In this document: piece after piece, positions 7,843-8,864 of the stretch
Position numbering within the stretch: the first letter of the stretch is position 1
Layout: each line of letters opens with the position of its first letter
Origin: Amoeboradix gromovi X-113
Lineage: Eukaryota > Fungi > Sanchytriomycota
Length of the DNA stretch: 8,864 nt
Assembly: GCA_018985225.1 (NCBI GenBank)
Contig: JADGIF010000422.1
Location: 1-8,864, forward strand
Direction of reading: 5' to 3'
The notes under the pieces: generated by a model
What the model saw: the letters and a program-made list of their open reading frames with translations, nothing else
Told to the model about the DNA's origin: nothing
The model's database searches: none
Translations under genes and position numbers: made by a program

Positions 7843-8725
7843 TCACCAAACTACTCTGCTCTGAATTCCCGGGTATCCTCCATTCTTCATTTGAAATAGT
7901 TCAATTGTTTTGGTAAACAAATACAAGATTGATAATACAAATCCATAGAACAACAGTCTCTGTATCATTTCATCCTTGACTTTAAATGCTAAATAGGACA
8001 TTCCACTGATACAAAATGAAAATGCAAAGTCTAAATTAATTCAAATTACAAAGTCCGGCTACCAATCTAGCTTCATAGCCATATTGGGATTGAAACCCCG
8101 GTGCTATCATTTGTTTGGTCCCATCTTCATTTCTTCCATGTTCAGGCATTCCTCTCATTTGCACAAACAGATGACCGCTAGTAAATACCAAAACTGCTGC
8201 AACTGTGAGTGCCATCCAGATTCTAGGATTACCAAAAAGTTTACTAATTAGCGGCCAAAGCAAAGCGCCGCCAATAGTAACTCCAAATGCGGCCAACAAC
8301 CCAAAGAATAACTGCTTTTTTGGTATTGTTTTAGTATATGAGAACGAGAAGTTGCCGTATCTGCTAATAAACTTAACTAGTTTCTCTTCATCAAAGTGCT
8401 CGATGCTGAAAGCATAGAAATGGGCATCACCTAACCTTTTAACAACTTGCTGATTAAAAAGAAATATACGCGGAGCTGATTCAATCTTCATTCGACTTGC
8501 AAATGATGGTACTTTAGAAATATCTACTTTAGCATACACCATATGGTCTGCTTGCCCTGCAAGTTGATCTGTCACCTGTGTGTAAACCGGTTCGATCGCT
8601 TTGCAGAATTGGCAGTTGTCCATAGTCACCAAAACTAGCACATCTTTTGATTTTAGAAGGGAAGTGAGCTCGTCTACGTTAGACAGGCTCAATAAGGCAC
8701 TAACAAGTAAGTTTAGAAGCAACAT
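7843..8725 (-). CDS. OST3: Oligosaccharyltransferase subunit, OST3/OST6 (MagT1/TUSC3) family; exons 8725-8050 and 8030-7843, 287 aa
   Basis: Signal peptide, thioredoxin-like CQFC, transmembrane segments, FTSGHLFVQMRGMP and GFQSQYGYE. Removing 8031-8049 adds the last two transmembrane helices and the conserved-type ending FQMKNGGYP. Confidence 0.92.
8031..8049 (-). other. 19-nt spliceosomal intron in the OST3/OST6 gene
   Basis: Minus-strand GTAATTTGAATTAATTTAG: GT..AG ends, contains the in-frame stop. Removal gives ...LVAGLYFAFSF... and a complete protein. Confidence 0.88.
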
Positions 8726-8765
8726 GTAACTTGGAGAATAAAAATGATTTCAAAAGCAGATTAAG

Positions 8766-8852
8766 ATGGGACACACTCTGTAAAAAGTAGACTGGGGGTA
8801 AAAAACGGGTGACGAGATTTACCCAGTTGAAATTTTCACAGCAGTGTCCCAT
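8766..8852. mobile_element. 87-bp foldback mini-element related to the MITE ends
   Basis: Perfect 9-bp inverted ends atgggacac/gtgtcccat with imperfect arms of about 35 nt. The left arm tgggacac-N6-taaaaagtagact matches the MITE TIR tgggacac-N6-taaaaactagact. Confidence 0.65.
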
Positions 8853-8864
8853 ATTTCTTCACCT

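Noticed and set aside
8205-8417. Plus-strand 70-aa ORF
   Set aside because: Antisense shadow of OST3/OST6.
1-8864. Alternative genetic code, CRISPR array, tRNA/rRNA genes or prokaryotic operon
   Set aside because: Conserved genes end at TAA or TGA where expected, and the breaks are explained by introns. No repeat-spacer array or tRNA/rRNA signature was seen, and the gene set is eukaryotic.

Overview
AT-rich, very gene-dense eukaryotic DNA. The protein families look fungal, and the compact spacing and tiny introns suggest an early-diverging lineage (inference). Recognisable genes are an Mss4/Its3-type PI4P 5-kinase (-), mitochondrial ribosomal protein S16 (+), a Cys-rich protein with a GPI-type tail (-), a PacC/GLI-like zinc-finger protein (+), MAK16 (+) and an OST3/OST6 oligosaccharyltransferase subunit (-). 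Two conserved genes are only complete if ultra-short GT-AG introns of 20 nt (1098-1117) and 19 nt (8031-8049) are removed. The non-genic space holds a TGGGACA-ended terminal-inverted-repeat (TIR/MITE) family: one full 440-bp copy, one partial copy and one 87-bp mini derivative. It also holds two inverted, decayed copies of a SWIM-finger (Mutator-like) coding sequence, two tandem small ORFs, and a ~230-nt strongly base-paired minus-strand RNA candidate (324-550) with some telomerase-RNA-like features. All alignments and folds were done by eye.
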